Below, one piece after another: positions 28,903 through 38,853 of a stretch of 64,000 bases of DNA. Made by a program: the position numbers and the translations under genes. The notes beneath the pieces are model-generated. The model worked only from the letters and a program-made list of their open reading frames with translations. It did no database searches and was not told the origin of the DNA. Position 1 is the stretch's first letter. Each line of letters starts with the position of its first letter. Origin of the DNA: an uncultured Myxococcales bacterium (GTDB lineage Bacteria > Myxococcota_A > UBA9042 > PWKZ01 > CAYRCM01). The stretch covers positions 65,331 through 129,330 of the forward strand of contig CAYRCM010000001.1 of the NCBI GenBank assembly GCA_964422715.1, written 5' to 3'.

Positions 28903-31611
28903 TCAATCGTCGCGGCGGCGTCCCGGGTCGCTCGCGAGGACCGTGATGCGCGGCAGGGGGTCGGACGAGCGCGTTGCCCAGCCGCCGTCTTCGTCGGCCG
29001 CCGTCGTCTCGCCCGGGGCCGGCAGGAGCGGCAGGCCCTGCTGCGTGGCCTTGCGGGTGCGGCGCGGACCATCGACGACCGTCTCGCGGAGCCGCTTGTC
29101 GTCCGGTTCGCGTTTGCCGGGCGGCTTGGTGGCGGTGGCGGGTCGGCGCTCGCCGTCGGGGTACTGCGGCCGCTGGTGATTCAGCGCGACCAGGATGGCG
29201 TTGAATTTCTCTTCGATGACCGTGAGGTCCTTGAGCGTGATGCTGCACTGGTCGAGCTGCCCGTCCGAGAACTTTTCGAGGATGACCTTGCGCACCATGC
29301 CGCGGATGCGGATGGCCGTCTTCTCGGGCAGGCTGCGGATGGCGGCTTCGCAGGCGTCGGCGAGCATGACGAGCGCCGCTTCGCGCGTCTGCGGCTTGGG
29401 GCCGGCGTAGCGGAAGTCTTCTTCTTGCGGCAACGGGTCGTCGGGGCCGCACGCGTCGAGTGCCTTCTGATAGAAGTAGCGCATGAGCGTGGTGCCCTGG
29501 TGCTGTTCGATGATGTCGAGGATCTCGCGCCCCAGCCCCGCCTCGCGCGCAATGCGCACGCCGTCTTTGACGTGAGCCCGCAGCACGAGCGCGCTCATGC
29601 TGGGCTTCAGGCGGTTGTGCGGGTTGGCGCCGCCGGCCTGGTTTTCGGCAAAGAATTCTGGACCCTTTGTTTTCCCAACATCGTGGTAGAGCGCGGCCAC
29701 CCGAGACAGGACCGGGTCGGCGGAGATGGCCTCGGCCGCGGCCTCGGCCAAATTGCCGACCACGACCGAATGGTGGTACGTGCCGGGCGCGCTCAGCACC
29801 ATTTCCTTGAGCAGCGGGTGGTCGAGGCTGCCGAGTTCGAGCAACTTGACGTGGGTGGTGTAGCCAAACAGCCATTCGACCACGGGCGCGAGCGCCGCCA
29901 CGAGGAACGCCGAGCCAAACCCGCCCACGCCGGCCACGGCCGCTTCGATGGGCGAATGCCACGTGAGCGGCTCCGTGCGCAGGAGCAGGAACAGCGCTGC
30001 GCTGGCCACCGCCACGCCCGCCACCCACAGCCCGGCCTGCAAGACCGCGGCGCGGTGACGGATGCGCGACATGCCCGCGATGCCGACGAGATTCGTCAGC
30101 AAGTAGGCCGTCAGCAGAAAGAGGTAGGTGATGGACGAGTCGCTCGGCTGTCCGAGCGCCAGCAGCAGCAGCCCGACGAGTGGCGCCGACACCAGAGTGT
30201 AGGCCACGGCGGTGGGCGCGTTGACCAGCAACCGTACGAACATGGCGCCGAAGGCGAAGGGCAGAGCCGATAGCAGGGCGGGGCGCGTGAGCGCTGCGAA
30301 CTTGTCGTGGAGAGCCTCGATGATGAGCAGACTCACCTTCAGGAGGGCGAGTTGCACCACGAGCGCCGTGCCCACCATGACGATGTCGCGCCCCTTGAGC
30401 GAAACGGCCGGCAAATGCCGTGACGCGAAGCGGTGTACCACGGCAAGCATGGCCACGACGAGCAGCGCCACGCCCAAGAGCGTCTGCCAACGCAACGGCA
30501 GCGCCTGACCGGCTTCCATGGCTTCGAGCGCCGCCACGTGCTCGGCGGTGATGGGCTGGTTTGCGGGGACGATGTTTTGACCCTGCTGGTACGTGCGCGG
30601 CAGCGTGCGCGGGACCGAGTTCTCGGCCGCTGCAAGCGCCTGGCGGTAGAGGCCTTCGTCGAGACTGAGCGTGGGAATGACGGATTCACGCAGCAGCCGC
30701 ACCACCGCGCGCTGGACGGGCCGCCGGTCGAAGGGGGCCTTGCCGCGCGCGGCGAAAAGTTCGCGCACGGCGCCCGTAATGCGTTCGCTGGCCTGCGACT
30801 GGTCGAGCACCTGGCGGGTGTCGGCCAGGTGCACCGGCAACGCCGCGCCGGAGCGCACGACGTCGATGCCGCGGTCGATGTCGCTCACGAGGAAGCCGCG
30901 GTACGGGACGATGTACTGTTCGAGCGCCCGCCCGAGAAGTTGCGCGGCGGCTTCCTGGATGGCTTCGGGATAGCACAGGTCTTCGAGGGGCTTGAAGGCA
31001 TCGTCCTCGAGGTCGACGCCAAGCCGCCCGGCCGCTTCGGAGCGCACGCGTTCGAAGGCCGCGGTGAGCCGTTCGCGTTCGGCTTCGAGCTCGCCCGGAT
31101 ACGCCTGGTTGGCGGCGGTCAGCTGGGCCTCGATGTCGCTGAGAGCCTCGGGGGTGTTGGATTCCTGGCGACGCTTGCGCAGCGCTTCGACCAAGGTCTT
31201 GTGGTCGGTCTCGAACTGGGCGAGCGCGCTCTGCCGTTCGCTGCAGGCCCGCCGAATGGCCTCGAACGATTCATCGAGCGCTGCCAGCTGCTCGCGCACG
31301 TGTCGCGCTCGATAGACGAACACGCGCGGGACGCGTTCCTTGGCGGCAGCGATGCGCTCTTCGGCCTTGGGGTCGGGGAGTTCCACAGAGAACGTGCGCG
31401 ACGCATTGATCGCATTGCGCGCGATCTCGCCTTCGCGCACTTGCCGCGATCCGGACCAGCGTGAGGGCAACAACAGCAGCACGAGGGAGGCAAACAGCAG
31501 GACCAACAACCCGCCGCGGATGAGCGGGTTGGCCAGCGACCACTGGCGCGTGGGCGGTCTCGGCCGCTGGGTCACCTCGGTACGCCGTCTCGCCGGCCTC
31601 GGCCGTCGCAT
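28903..31611 (-). CDS. 7TM-HD membrane phosphohydrolase (PgpH/YqfF-like HDc domain protein, possible cyclic-dinucleotide phosphodiesterase)
   Basis: 902 aa. It has an N-terminal signal/TM, a large extracytoplasmic domain, a 7-helix hydrophobic block (LLGVALLVVAMLAVV... to ...FLVAALAPVVEWLFGY) and a C-terminal HD domain (LYHDVGKTKGPEFFAENQ...H...). Confidence 0.8.
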   Translation of the reverse strand: MRRPRPARRRTEVTQRPRPPTRQWSLANPLIRGGLLVLLFASLVLLLLPSRWSGSRQVREGEIARNAINASRTFSVELPDPKAEERIAAAKERVPRVFVYRARHVREQLAALDESFEAIRRACSERQSALAQFETDHKTLVEALRKRRQESNTPEALSDIEAQLTAANQAYPGELEAERERLTAAFERVRSEAAGRLGVDLEDDAFKPLEDLCYPEAIQEAAAQLLGRALEQYIVPYRGFLVSDIDRGIDVVRSGAALPVHLADTRQVLDQSQASERITGAVRELFAARGKAPFDRRPVQRAVVRLLRESVIPTLSLDEGLYRQALAAAENSVPRTLPRTYQQGQNIVPANQPITAEHVAALEAMEAGQALPLRWQTLLGVALLVVAMLAVVHRFASRHLPAVSLKGRDIVMVGTALVVQLALLKVSLLIIEALHDKFAALTRPALLSALPFAFGAMFVRLLVNAPTAVAYTLVSAPLVGLLLLALGQPSDSSITYLFLLTAYLLTNLVGIAGMSRIRHRAAVLQAGLWVAGVAVASAALFLLLRTEPLTWHSPIEAAVAGVGGFGSAFLVAALAPVVEWLFGYTTHVKLLELGSLDHPLLKEMVLSAPGTYHHSVVVGNLAEAAAEAISADPVLSRVAALYHDVGKTKGPEFFAENQAGGANPHNRLKPSMSALVLRAHVKDGVRIAREAGLGREILDIIEQHQGTTLMRYFYQKALDACGPDDPLPQEEDFRYAGPKPQTREAALVMLADACEAAIRSLPEKTAIRIRGMVRKVILEKFSDGQLDQCSITLKDLTVIEEKFNAILVALNHQRPQYPDGERRPATATKPPGKREPDDKRLRETVVDGPRRTRKATQQGLPLLPAPGETTAADEDGGWATRSSDPLPRITVLASDPGRRRDD

Positions 31612-31693
31612 GGGGCCATCCTCCGGCCGCGCAGCCTAGCAGAGCGCGCCAGGCGCCGTCAATGTTGGCGGAAACAAAGCCGAAGGAACCCTG

Positions 31694-33124
31694 TCAGGGG
31701 CCCACCTGCGGCGGCGTCGGGGGCGCTGTCGTTGTGGGCGGGCCGGCCTCCGGCAGGCCAGGCGCCTGGGCGGCCGAGTCATCGTCGGTTCGGGCCGGCG
31801 GCGTCGGAGGCGCGGGGGGCGCGGCTGCGAGTGCGGCCTGCACGGCCTGGCGATACGTGTCTTCGTCGCGGAGCCCGGCGAGCGGTCGCCCGTTGATGAA
31901 CACGGTGGGCGTGCCGGTCACGCCCAACGAGCGGCCCAGCGCGAGGTCGGCGCGCACCTGCGCGCTGAGCCTTGGGTCGTCGAGGTCGGCCGTATACCGA
32001 TCGGGCGTGAGTTCGAGTTGCCGTGCCACGGTCAGCAGCGCCTCGCGGGAAAGACCGGCCTGCCCCGCGAACACGCGCTCGACGAAGGGCCAGAAGCGTT
32101 CCTGGCGGCCTGCCGCCAACGCCGCCCGCGCCGCCAACTCGGCCTCCGGGTGAAAGTCCAGGGGGAAATGACGGAAGACGAGACGCACGCCGGCGGCCGC
32201 ATTCTCCTGGACGGCCAGCAGACGTTCGAAAGCGCGGGCCGTGAAGGGGCACTGCAGGTCGCCAAACAGCACCAGGGTCACCGGGGCCCAGGGGGCCCCA
32301 CGCACGGCGGCCTGGCCATCGTCGGGAATCGCATAGGTCTTGTCGGGGTCGAGCGCCGGCTGCGGCGGAGTGGCCGACGGCAGGGCCGCCGCGGCCCCAT
32401 CCCCGCCCGCGGCGCGGTTGCGCGTGAACAGCACGGCCGCCAGCTGGTGCGCCGGAACGCCGTCCGAGACCAACTCCCGCGCCTTGGCCAGTTCCTCCTC
32501 GATGACCGCCGAGAATGCCTCGACCGGCTGCGCGCCCCGCATCAGCCGTCCGTTGATGAGGAAATTGGGTGTGCCGCGACAGCCGTAGCGTTCGGCCCGT
32601 TCCTTGTCGCGTCGCACGAGCTCGGCCGTGCGTGGGTCTGCGAAGTCGGCGCGGAACTGGCGCAGGTCGAGACCGAGGTCTTCGGCGTACCGTTCGAGGT
32701 CCGGCTCGCTGAGCGCATGGGCGTTGGCGAAGAGCTGCTCGTGGTAGGGCCAGAATTGTCCTTGACGCATTGCCGCCACCGCGGCCTTGGCGGCTCCAAA
32801 GGCCTCGGCGTGGTAGGGCAGGGGGTTGTGTCGGAACGCAAAGCGCACGCTCCCCTCGTACTTCTGAGCCAGGGCCTTCAACGTACTCTGCACGCGCCGA
32901 CAGTAGGGGCACTGGAAGTCGTCGAATTCTTCTATGAAAACAGGGGCATCGCGTGGGCCGAACGTGGGCACGTCGGGCTCCAGGCCCAGCGATTCAATGC
33001 CGGCGACGCTCCCATCGGCGGCGTCGCCGCAGAGCATGGAGAGGCGGCAACCTGCGAACAACACGCCGGTCAGGATCAGGGCCAGAGAGGCCCCTCGGCT
33101 GGCGAAACCCGGACGACGACGCAT
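31694..33124 (-). CDS. Tandem DsbA-like thiol:disulfide oxidoreductase lipoprotein (two thioredoxin folds, CPYC and CPFT active sites)
   Basis: MRRRPGFASRGASLALILTGVLFAGC lipoprotein signal. Domain 1 has FDDFQCPYCRR and domain 2 has FGDLQCPFTARA. Each is followed by a DsbA-like helical insert, and the C-terminus is Pro-rich. Confidence 0.8.
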   Translation of the reverse strand: MRRRPGFASRGASLALILTGVLFAGCRLSMLCGDAADGSVAGIESLGLEPDVPTFGPRDAPVFIEEFDDFQCPYCRRVQSTLKALAQKYEGSVRFAFRHNPLPYHAEAFGAAKAAVAAMRQGQFWPYHEQLFANAHALSEPDLERYAEDLGLDLRQFRADFADPRTAELVRRDKERAERYGCRGTPNFLINGRLMRGAQPVEAFSAVIEEELAKARELVSDGVPAHQLAAVLFTRNRAAGGDGAAAALPSATPPQPALDPDKTYAIPDDGQAAVRGAPWAPVTLVLFGDLQCPFTARAFERLLAVQENAAAGVRLVFRHFPLDFHPEAELAARAALAAGRQERFWPFVERVFAGQAGLSREALLTVARQLELTPDRYTADLDDPRLSAQVRADLALGRSLGVTGTPTVFINGRPLAGLRDEDTYRQAVQAALAAAPPAPPTPPARTDDDSAAQAPGLPEAGPPTTTAPPTPPQVGP

Positions 33125-33374
33125 GCGGCCCTCCCCCTTCCGAGGTCCATTGCTGCCGGTTGTATGCCGAACGCCCGACCCGAATCAAGCGTCGGGTCGA
33201 TTGCCGCGCGGCGCCACGCAGGGCAGCCGTTGGGGGCCGTCCCACGCGTTGCGGCTCAGCCAGGGGGCGCGCGCAAGGTGGTGACCGGGGCGTCCAGGCG
33301 GCCGTTCAGCCGCCCGGAGCCGCCTCAGGACTTCGAAAGGGAAAACGGACGAGCGGATGGGTGGGGGGGAGCCG

Positions 33375-34526
33375 CTAGCAGCGCTCGAAGAGGCCGGCCG
33401 CGCCCATGCCGCCGCCGATGCACATGGACACAACGCCGTAGCGCGCGTTGCGGCGCTTCATTTCGTACATCAGCTGGACCGTGAGTTTGGCGCCCGTGCA
33501 GCCGAGCGGGTGGCCGAGCGCAATGGCGCCGCCGTTCACGTTGACGCGCTCTTCCGGGATGCCGAGTTCGCGCACGCAGTACACGGCCTGCGCTGCAAAG
33601 GCTTCGTTGATTTCCCAGAGGTCGATGTCTTGGACCTTGAGGCCCGTCGCCTTGAGCAACTTCGGGATGGCGTAGGCCGGGCCGACGCCCATGATTTCAG
33701 GCGGCACGCCCACCACCTGGAAGTTGCGGAAGTACGCCATGGGTTTGAGCCCCAGGCTCTTCGCCTTTTCGGCCGACATGACCATGACCGCAGCGGCGGC
33801 GTCGTTCATCTGCGACGAGTTGCCCGCCGTCACGGAACCGGTGGCGCGGAAGGCCGGGCGCAGAGCCGCCAAGGACTCGGGCGTGGTCTCGCGCGGCCCT
33901 TCGTCGACTTCGTGCATCTTCGTGGTGCCGTCGGCATCGCGGTAGGGGACCGGAACGTATTGTTCTTTGAAGGTGCCCTCCTTGAGGGCCGCGAGCGCTC
34001 GCTGCTGGCTGCGCAACGCGAACGCGTCTTGGACTTGACGCGATACGTTGTAGCGTTCGGCCACGAGCTCGGCCGTGATGCCCATGGGCGTGTAGACCTC
34101 GGGCGCCGTGTCCATCATCTCGGGGTCGGGCGCCGGCTTGTTGCCGCCCATCGGGACCATGCTCATGGTCTCGACACCCCCCGCGATGATGACGTCGGAG
34201 AAGCCACACATGATGTTCTGTGCAGCCAGGGCGATGGTCTGCAGGCCGGACGAGCAGAACCGGTTGACCGTCAGGCCGGATACCGAGATGGGCAAGCCCG
34301 CCTTGAGCGCGATGACGCGCGCCACGTTCATGCCCGCTTCGCCCTCCGGGAAGGCGCAGCCCAGGATGACGTCGTCGATGTCGGCCGGATCGACGGGGCT
34401 CGCGCGTTTGACGACTTCCTTGACCACGAGCGCGCCCAGCAATTCGGGGCGGACGTTGCGCAAGGTGCCTTTGCCGGCCTTGCCGACGGGCGTTCTCGCC
34501 GCGGAAACGATGACAGCTTCCCTCAT
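33375..34526 (-). CDS. fadA: Acetyl-CoA C-acyltransferase (3-ketoacyl-CoA thiolase)
   Basis: [20 protein letters not shown]...NRFCSSGLQ (active Cys)...NEAFAAQ...[11 protein letters not shown]...CIGGGMG are the thiolase signatures. Confidence 0.9.
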   Translation of the reverse strand: MREAVIVSAARTPVGKAGKGTLRNVRPELLGALVVKEVVKRASPVDPADIDDVILGCAFPEGEAGMNVARVIALKAGLPISVSGLTVNRFCSSGLQTIALAAQNIMCGFSDVIIAGGVETMSMVPMGGNKPAPDPEMMDTAPEVYTPMGITAELVAERYNVSRQVQDAFALRSQQRALAALKEGTFKEQYVPVPYRDADGTTKMHEVDEGPRETTPESLAALRPAFRATGSVTAGNSSQMNDAAAAVMVMSAEKAKSLGLKPMAYFRNFQVVGVPPEIMGVGPAYAIPKLLKATGLKVQDIDLWEINEAFAAQAVYCVRELGIPEERVNVNGGAIALGHPLGCTGAKLTVQLMYEMKRRNARYGVVSMCIGGGMGAAGLFERC

Positions 34527-34649
34527 AGCCTTTGCACTCCTTGCAAATGGATGCCGTTGTTCTCTCTGGGGCCGCCCGAACCCGCCATGGCGGCCGTTGG
34601 GCCGGCGGCGGGTTCGGCGACCGTTCCCCGCGGACGCGTACGCCGCATC

Positions 34650-37046
34650 CTAGTTCCGCAGCGGCTTGTTCGTCATGAGCATGTGCTGCATGCGCGCTTG
34701 GGACTTCTCTTCCCCAATCAGGCTCATGAACACTTCGCGTTCGAGTTCGAGCAGGCGGTCTTCGGTGACGACAGTGCCCTCGTCGACATCGCCGCCGCAA
34801 AGCACGTAGGCCAGCTTGCGACCGATGAGCTCGTCATGGTCGCTGATGGCGCCCCCGAGCTTCATCTGGTACAGGCCCAATTTGGCCGTGGCCCAGCCGG
34901 TGCGCCCCGGCATGATGAGGTTGTCGGGTTCGAGCGGCGGCTGGTAGCCCATGTCGGCGAGGCCGATGGCGACCCGCTTGGCCTCTGCGATCTGGATGTC
35001 GCGGTTCGTCTGCACGACGTCGAAGGGGCGCAGGAAGCCGATGCCGCGCGCCTCGTCGCCCGACATGGCGACCTTGGCCATGCCGATGGCCATGAAGGCC
35101 TTCTGGACCAGCGCGAAGCGGTCCATCTTGACGTCCTTCGGTACGGCGCCGACCGTACGCATGACCATCTCTTTGCAGCCGCCGCCGCCCGGGATGAGGC
35201 CGACGCCGACTTCGACGAGGCCCATGTAGGTCTCGGCGTTGGCAACGATGCGGTCGCAAGGCAGGCAGACTTCGCAACCGCCGCCGAGCACCATCTGGAA
35301 CGGCGCTGCGACGACCGGCACGGCGCAGTACCGCATGGCCTTGTTCACTTCCTGGAAGGCCTTGACGATCTGCTCGATGGGCGCCCATTCCTTCTGCTGC
35401 GCATACATGAGCAGGAGCAGCAGGTTGGCGCCGACCGAGAAGTTCTTGCCCTGGTTGGCGATGACGATGGCCTTGTACTTGTCTTCGGCGAGGTGGATGC
35501 CTTCCCACATCATGCGCACGATGTCGTCGTCGATGGCGTTCATCTTCGAGTGGAACTCGATGCCCAGAACGCCGTCGCCGAGGTCGACAAGCGATGCGCT
35601 GGTGTTGGACTGGAGCACCCGGCCGTCGTCGTGCAGGGTCTTCAAGCAGATGTTGCGCTTGTCTTGCGCAATCGGCCGATAGGACTTGGTTTCTTTGTCC
35701 CAGAAGTAGCGCTGCCCTTTGAGGTCGAGGTAGAACGAGCCGTAGCCGGCCGTGAGCACCTGTTTGACCCAGGCGGGCACCTTGAAGCCGAGCGCCTCGA
35801 TCTTGGGAATGGAGTCGGCGAGGCCGAGGGCATCCCACGTCTCGAAGGGGCCGAGCTCCCAGTTGAAGCCCCACTTCATGGCGTTGTCGATGTTGACGAT
35901 GTCATCGGCGATTTCGCCGACCCGGTTGGCGGCGTAGACCAGGCTGCGGGCCATGAGTTTCCACAGGAACTGGCCGTACTTGTCGTCGACGGCCAGCGCC
36001 TTGCGGATGCGCTTGGCGGGCTCTTCGACGCCCTTCGTCGCTTTGGCGGGCGCGAGCTTCGGGCGCGCCGTGGGCACGTATTCGAGCGTGGTCGGGTTGA
36101 TCTGGAAATAGGCCTTGTCGGCGCCGCTGCCAGTCTTCTTGTAGAAGCCCTGCTTCGTCTTGTTGCCGAGCCAGCCGTTCTGGACCATCTTCTGCAGCCA
36201 CTCGGGGACCTGGAAGACGTCGCGATCTTCGTCGGCTGCGGGCGACTCAAGGCACGTGCGGGCCACGTGGGCGAACGTGTCGAGGCCAACGAGGTCGGCC
36301 GTGCGGAATGCGGCGCTCTTCGGGCGGCCGACCGGCGTGCCCACCAATTCGTCGACTTCTTCGACGGTGAGCCCATCGGTGGTCATCTGGTGGATGGTCG
36401 CCATCATGGCATGGACGCCGATGCGGTTGGCCACGAAGTTGGGGGTGTCTTTGCCGTAGACGACGCCCTTGCCGAGCACGTCGGCGCCGAAGGTCGCCAC
36501 GGTTTCGACGACCTCGGGCAGCGTGCTGGGCCCAACCACAAACTCCAGCAAGCGCATGTGGCGGACAGGATTGAAGAAATGCGTGACGAGGAAATGCTGC
36601 TTGAACGCGTCGCCGCGGCCCTCGGTCATGCCCTGGATGCTCAACCCCGAGGTGTTGGAACTGATGATGCAGTCGGGCCGGCAGATCTGCTCAAGTTTGG
36701 CAAACAAGCTCCGCTTGATGTCCATGTTCTCGACGACAACTTCGATGACCCAGTCGCAATCGGCCAGCCGATGCAAGTCGTCTTCGAGGTTGCCGGTCTC
36801 GACGTAGCGCGCAAATTCTGGCGCGTAGAACGGACACATCGGCTGCCGGGTCTTGAGCGCCTTGTCGACGGCGGAGACGGCAAACATGTCGCGCTTGGCC
36901 TTGATTTGCCGTTCCGTTTCGCCGAGGTTAGGCGGCACGATATCCAGCAACAGGCAAGGGGTCCTCGTGTTGGCGAGAAGTGCCGCGATGCCACTTCCCA
37001 TGACGCCGGCACCGAGAACCGCAACCTTCCGGATCTTGCGTTTCAT
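34650..37046 (-). CDS. fadB: Fused 3-hydroxyacyl-CoA dehydrogenase (N-terminal) / enoyl-CoA hydratase (C-terminal), FadN-type
   Basis: N-terminal KVAVLGAGVMGSGIAALLA Rossmann motif (HCDH); C-terminal crotonase fold (IVIANQGKNFSVGANL...VVAAPFQMVLGGGCEVCLPCD). It is upstream of fadA on the same strand. Confidence 0.9.
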   Translation of the reverse strand: MKRKIRKVAVLGAGVMGSGIAALLANTRTPCLLLDIVPPNLGETERQIKAKRDMFAVSAVDKALKTRQPMCPFYAPEFARYVETGNLEDDLHRLADCDWVIEVVVENMDIKRSLFAKLEQICRPDCIISSNTSGLSIQGMTEGRGDAFKQHFLVTHFFNPVRHMRLLEFVVGPSTLPEVVETVATFGADVLGKGVVYGKDTPNFVANRIGVHAMMATIHQMTTDGLTVEEVDELVGTPVGRPKSAAFRTADLVGLDTFAHVARTCLESPAADEDRDVFQVPEWLQKMVQNGWLGNKTKQGFYKKTGSGADKAYFQINPTTLEYVPTARPKLAPAKATKGVEEPAKRIRKALAVDDKYGQFLWKLMARSLVYAANRVGEIADDIVNIDNAMKWGFNWELGPFETWDALGLADSIPKIEALGFKVPAWVKQVLTAGYGSFYLDLKGQRYFWDKETKSYRPIAQDKRNICLKTLHDDGRVLQSNTSASLVDLGDGVLGIEFHSKMNAIDDDIVRMMWEGIHLAEDKYKAIVIANQGKNFSVGANLLLLLMYAQQKEWAPIEQIVKAFQEVNKAMRYCAVPVVAAPFQMVLGGGCEVCLPCDRIVANAETYMGLVEVGVGLIPGGGGCKEMVMRTVGAVPKDVKMDRFALVQKAFMAIGMAKVAMSGDEARGIGFLRPFDVVQTNRDIQIAEAKRVAIGLADMGYQPPLEPDNLIMPGRTGWATAKLGLYQMKLGGAISDHDELIGRKLAYVLCGGDVDEGTVVTEDRLLELEREVFMSLIGEEKSQARMQHMLMTNKPLRN

Positions 37047-37213
37047 GAGCCCTTCCTCCCTTGGGGTGATGCGTCTTACGAACCACGACGAGCGGCGCGA
37101 TGATAACGCAGTGTGTCACAGAGCACAAGCCCGATGCGACGCCCCGTGCGGGGACCCCGATGGGCATGCGCGGACGAGGCACGGGGCGGTATGGCCTCGG
37201 CACCGACTTTGGG

Positions 37214-37242
37214 TTGCGTGCGGCTTCATCCTTGCTTATACT
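37214..37242 (+). promoter_or_regulatory. Candidate sigma70-type promoter for the spike gene (-35 TTGCGT, 17 nt spacer, -10 TATACT)
   Basis: gggTTGCGTgcggcttcatccttgctTATACTcc, about 90 nt upstream of the 37332 ATG in the fadB/spike divergent intergenic region. Sequence match only. Confidence 0.25.
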
Positions 37243-37331
37243 CCATGTTTACCGAGGCTGCGCCTTAGCGCAATGCCGTTTTCGGCGGTCGCGGTCCAGC
37301 GGATTCGGCGGGCGTGACAAGGAGACGGGGC

Positions 37332-38135
37332 ATGGAGAACTTCATCGACGGTGGGTTCCATCAGGGGGACAAGATCCAGGGCGTCGTGATCGGGATTGTG
37401 GTCGACAACAAGCACCCCGAGGGCGAGTACCGGGTCAAGGTGAAGTTTCCTTGGATCAAGGAATCGGACTCCAAGTACACCGACAGCCCCGACAAGGAAG
37501 ACTTCCTCTCGAACTGGGCCCGTATTGCGACGTTCATGGGCGGTCCCGACCGGGGCTCCTTCTGGCTGCCCGAAGTCGACGATGAGGTGCTTGTTGCCTT
37601 CGAACACGGCGACATTCGTCGGCCTTTCGTTCTGGCTGCGCTCTGGAACGGCAAAGACAAGACCATCCACGACAATGAGTCGCAGGGCGGCGAGAACAAC
37701 TGGCGCACCATTCGTTCGCGTTCGGGGCACGTGCTGCAGTTCTACGACAAAGAGGGCGAAGACAAGATCATCATGCAGACCAAGACGGCCGTGGGCGAGT
37801 GTCCGACCGACCACCACAGCCGCACCGGTCACTTCATCGCGATGGATTGCTCGAGCGGGGCCGAGAAGATCGAAATCTACGACGGTCCGCAGAAGAATTA
37901 CCTGCTTATCGATTCCACCAACAACCAGATCACCATGGAATCGAAAGAGGGCAACATCACCATCAAAGCGCCCCAGGGCAAGGTGCTCATCGACTGCAAG
38001 CAGCTCGAGACCAAGAGCTCCGACACCACCACGATGAACAGCACTGCGGCCATGAAGGTCAACGGCAGCGCGACCATCGACGTCATCGCCTCGTCGGTTC
38101 AGACCATCAAGGGCTCCCTGGTCAAGATCAACTAG
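37332..38135 (+). CDS. Phage baseplate assembly protein V / gp5-like spike (OB-fold plus C-terminal beta-helix), VgrG-gp5-type puncturing device
   Basis: ATG at 37332 with AGGAGA upstream. N-terminal gpV/gp5 OB-fold (IQGVVIGIVVDNKHPEGEYRVKVKFPW...WARIATFMGGPDRGSFWLPEVDDEVLVAFEHGDIRRPFVLAALWNG). C-terminal repetitive beta-strand segment (ITMESKEGNITIKAPQGKVLIDCKQLETKSS...). 267 aa. Confidence 0.75.
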   Translation: MENFIDGGFHQGDKIQGVVIGIVVDNKHPEGEYRVKVKFPWIKESDSKYTDSPDKEDFLSNWARIATFMGGPDRGSFWLPEVDDEVLVAFEHGDIRRPFVLAALWNGKDKTIHDNESQGGENNWRTIRSRSGHVLQFYDKEGEDKIIMQTKTAVGECPTDHHSRTGHFIAMDCSSGAEKIEIYDGPQKNYLLIDSTNNQITMESKEGNITIKAPQGKVLIDCKQLETKSSDTTTMNSTAAMKVNGSATIDVIASSVQTIKGSLVKIN

Positions 38136-38399
38136 TTCGCTGCCGAGCCCGGCCGCGCGCGTCTTCTCTCCTCATCGAACGGCCATTCGCCCACAGACGT
38201 CTACGGCCGGAGCGCCGATGCGGCGCGGGGGCACTGGCCTGCGCGCGTTTTACCGCGGGTCCAGGTTGCGGCCGGTCGGCCGCATGTGCGCCGACATCGG
38301 CCCACGCTGCACGGGCGCAGTCCTATCCGACTTGGATGCGACGAGGGAAGGTCGGCCGTCGGCCGCTAGGGGCCGGCCGAAGGGCGGGATGGGGCCGGG

Positions 38400-38720
38400 T
38401 CAGCCGCCGGTGATGACGTCGCCGCTGCCCTCGACCAGCTGGCCCATGCCGCCGCAGTGCTGGTCCTGGTCGCCGAGGCGGTGCGCAGCCTTGTCGTTGA
38501 TGAACACCGTGCCGCTGCCGACCTTGGCCACCCAGGTGTTGGGGCCGCAACAGGCGGCATGGATGCCGGCGTCGTCGACGCGCAGAGCCGGCCGGCCGTT
38601 GACGAGCACGTCGGGCGACCCGGTGATGGCCGGGCCAATGCAGGGATGCGCGCACCCGGGACAGCCGTGCGCGTCGGCGGGGACCTGCGAGTTGTCACCA
38701 AGTCTTCCCTGGGGTGGCAT
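38400..38720 (-). CDS. PAAR-repeat protein (spike-sharpening tip)
   Basis: ATG at 38720 preceded by AGGAGG at 5 nt. MPPQGRLGDNSQVPADAHGCPGCAHPCIGPAITGSPDVLVNGRPALRVDDAGIHAACCGPNTWVAKVGSGTVFINDKAAHRLGDQDQHCGGMGQLVEGSGDVITGG shows three PAAR-type repeats with conserved GD...H.C and P-A-x-R motifs. Confidence 0.8.
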   Translation of the reverse strand: MPPQGRLGDNSQVPADAHGCPGCAHPCIGPAITGSPDVLVNGRPALRVDDAGIHAACCGPNTWVAKVGSGTVFINDKAAHRLGDQDQHCGGMGQLVEGSGDVITGG

Positions 38721-38853
38721 GGGGCCCTCCTGTGAACCATTCGGGAAAGCACGCACCGAAAACAGAGTCTAGCCGCCCGGCGTGCGGGATCAAGCGCCGA
38801 TGCGTCCCGGCGCGCTCGTGGCGGGCGCGTCGGGCCGGGCGCGTGGATTGAGG

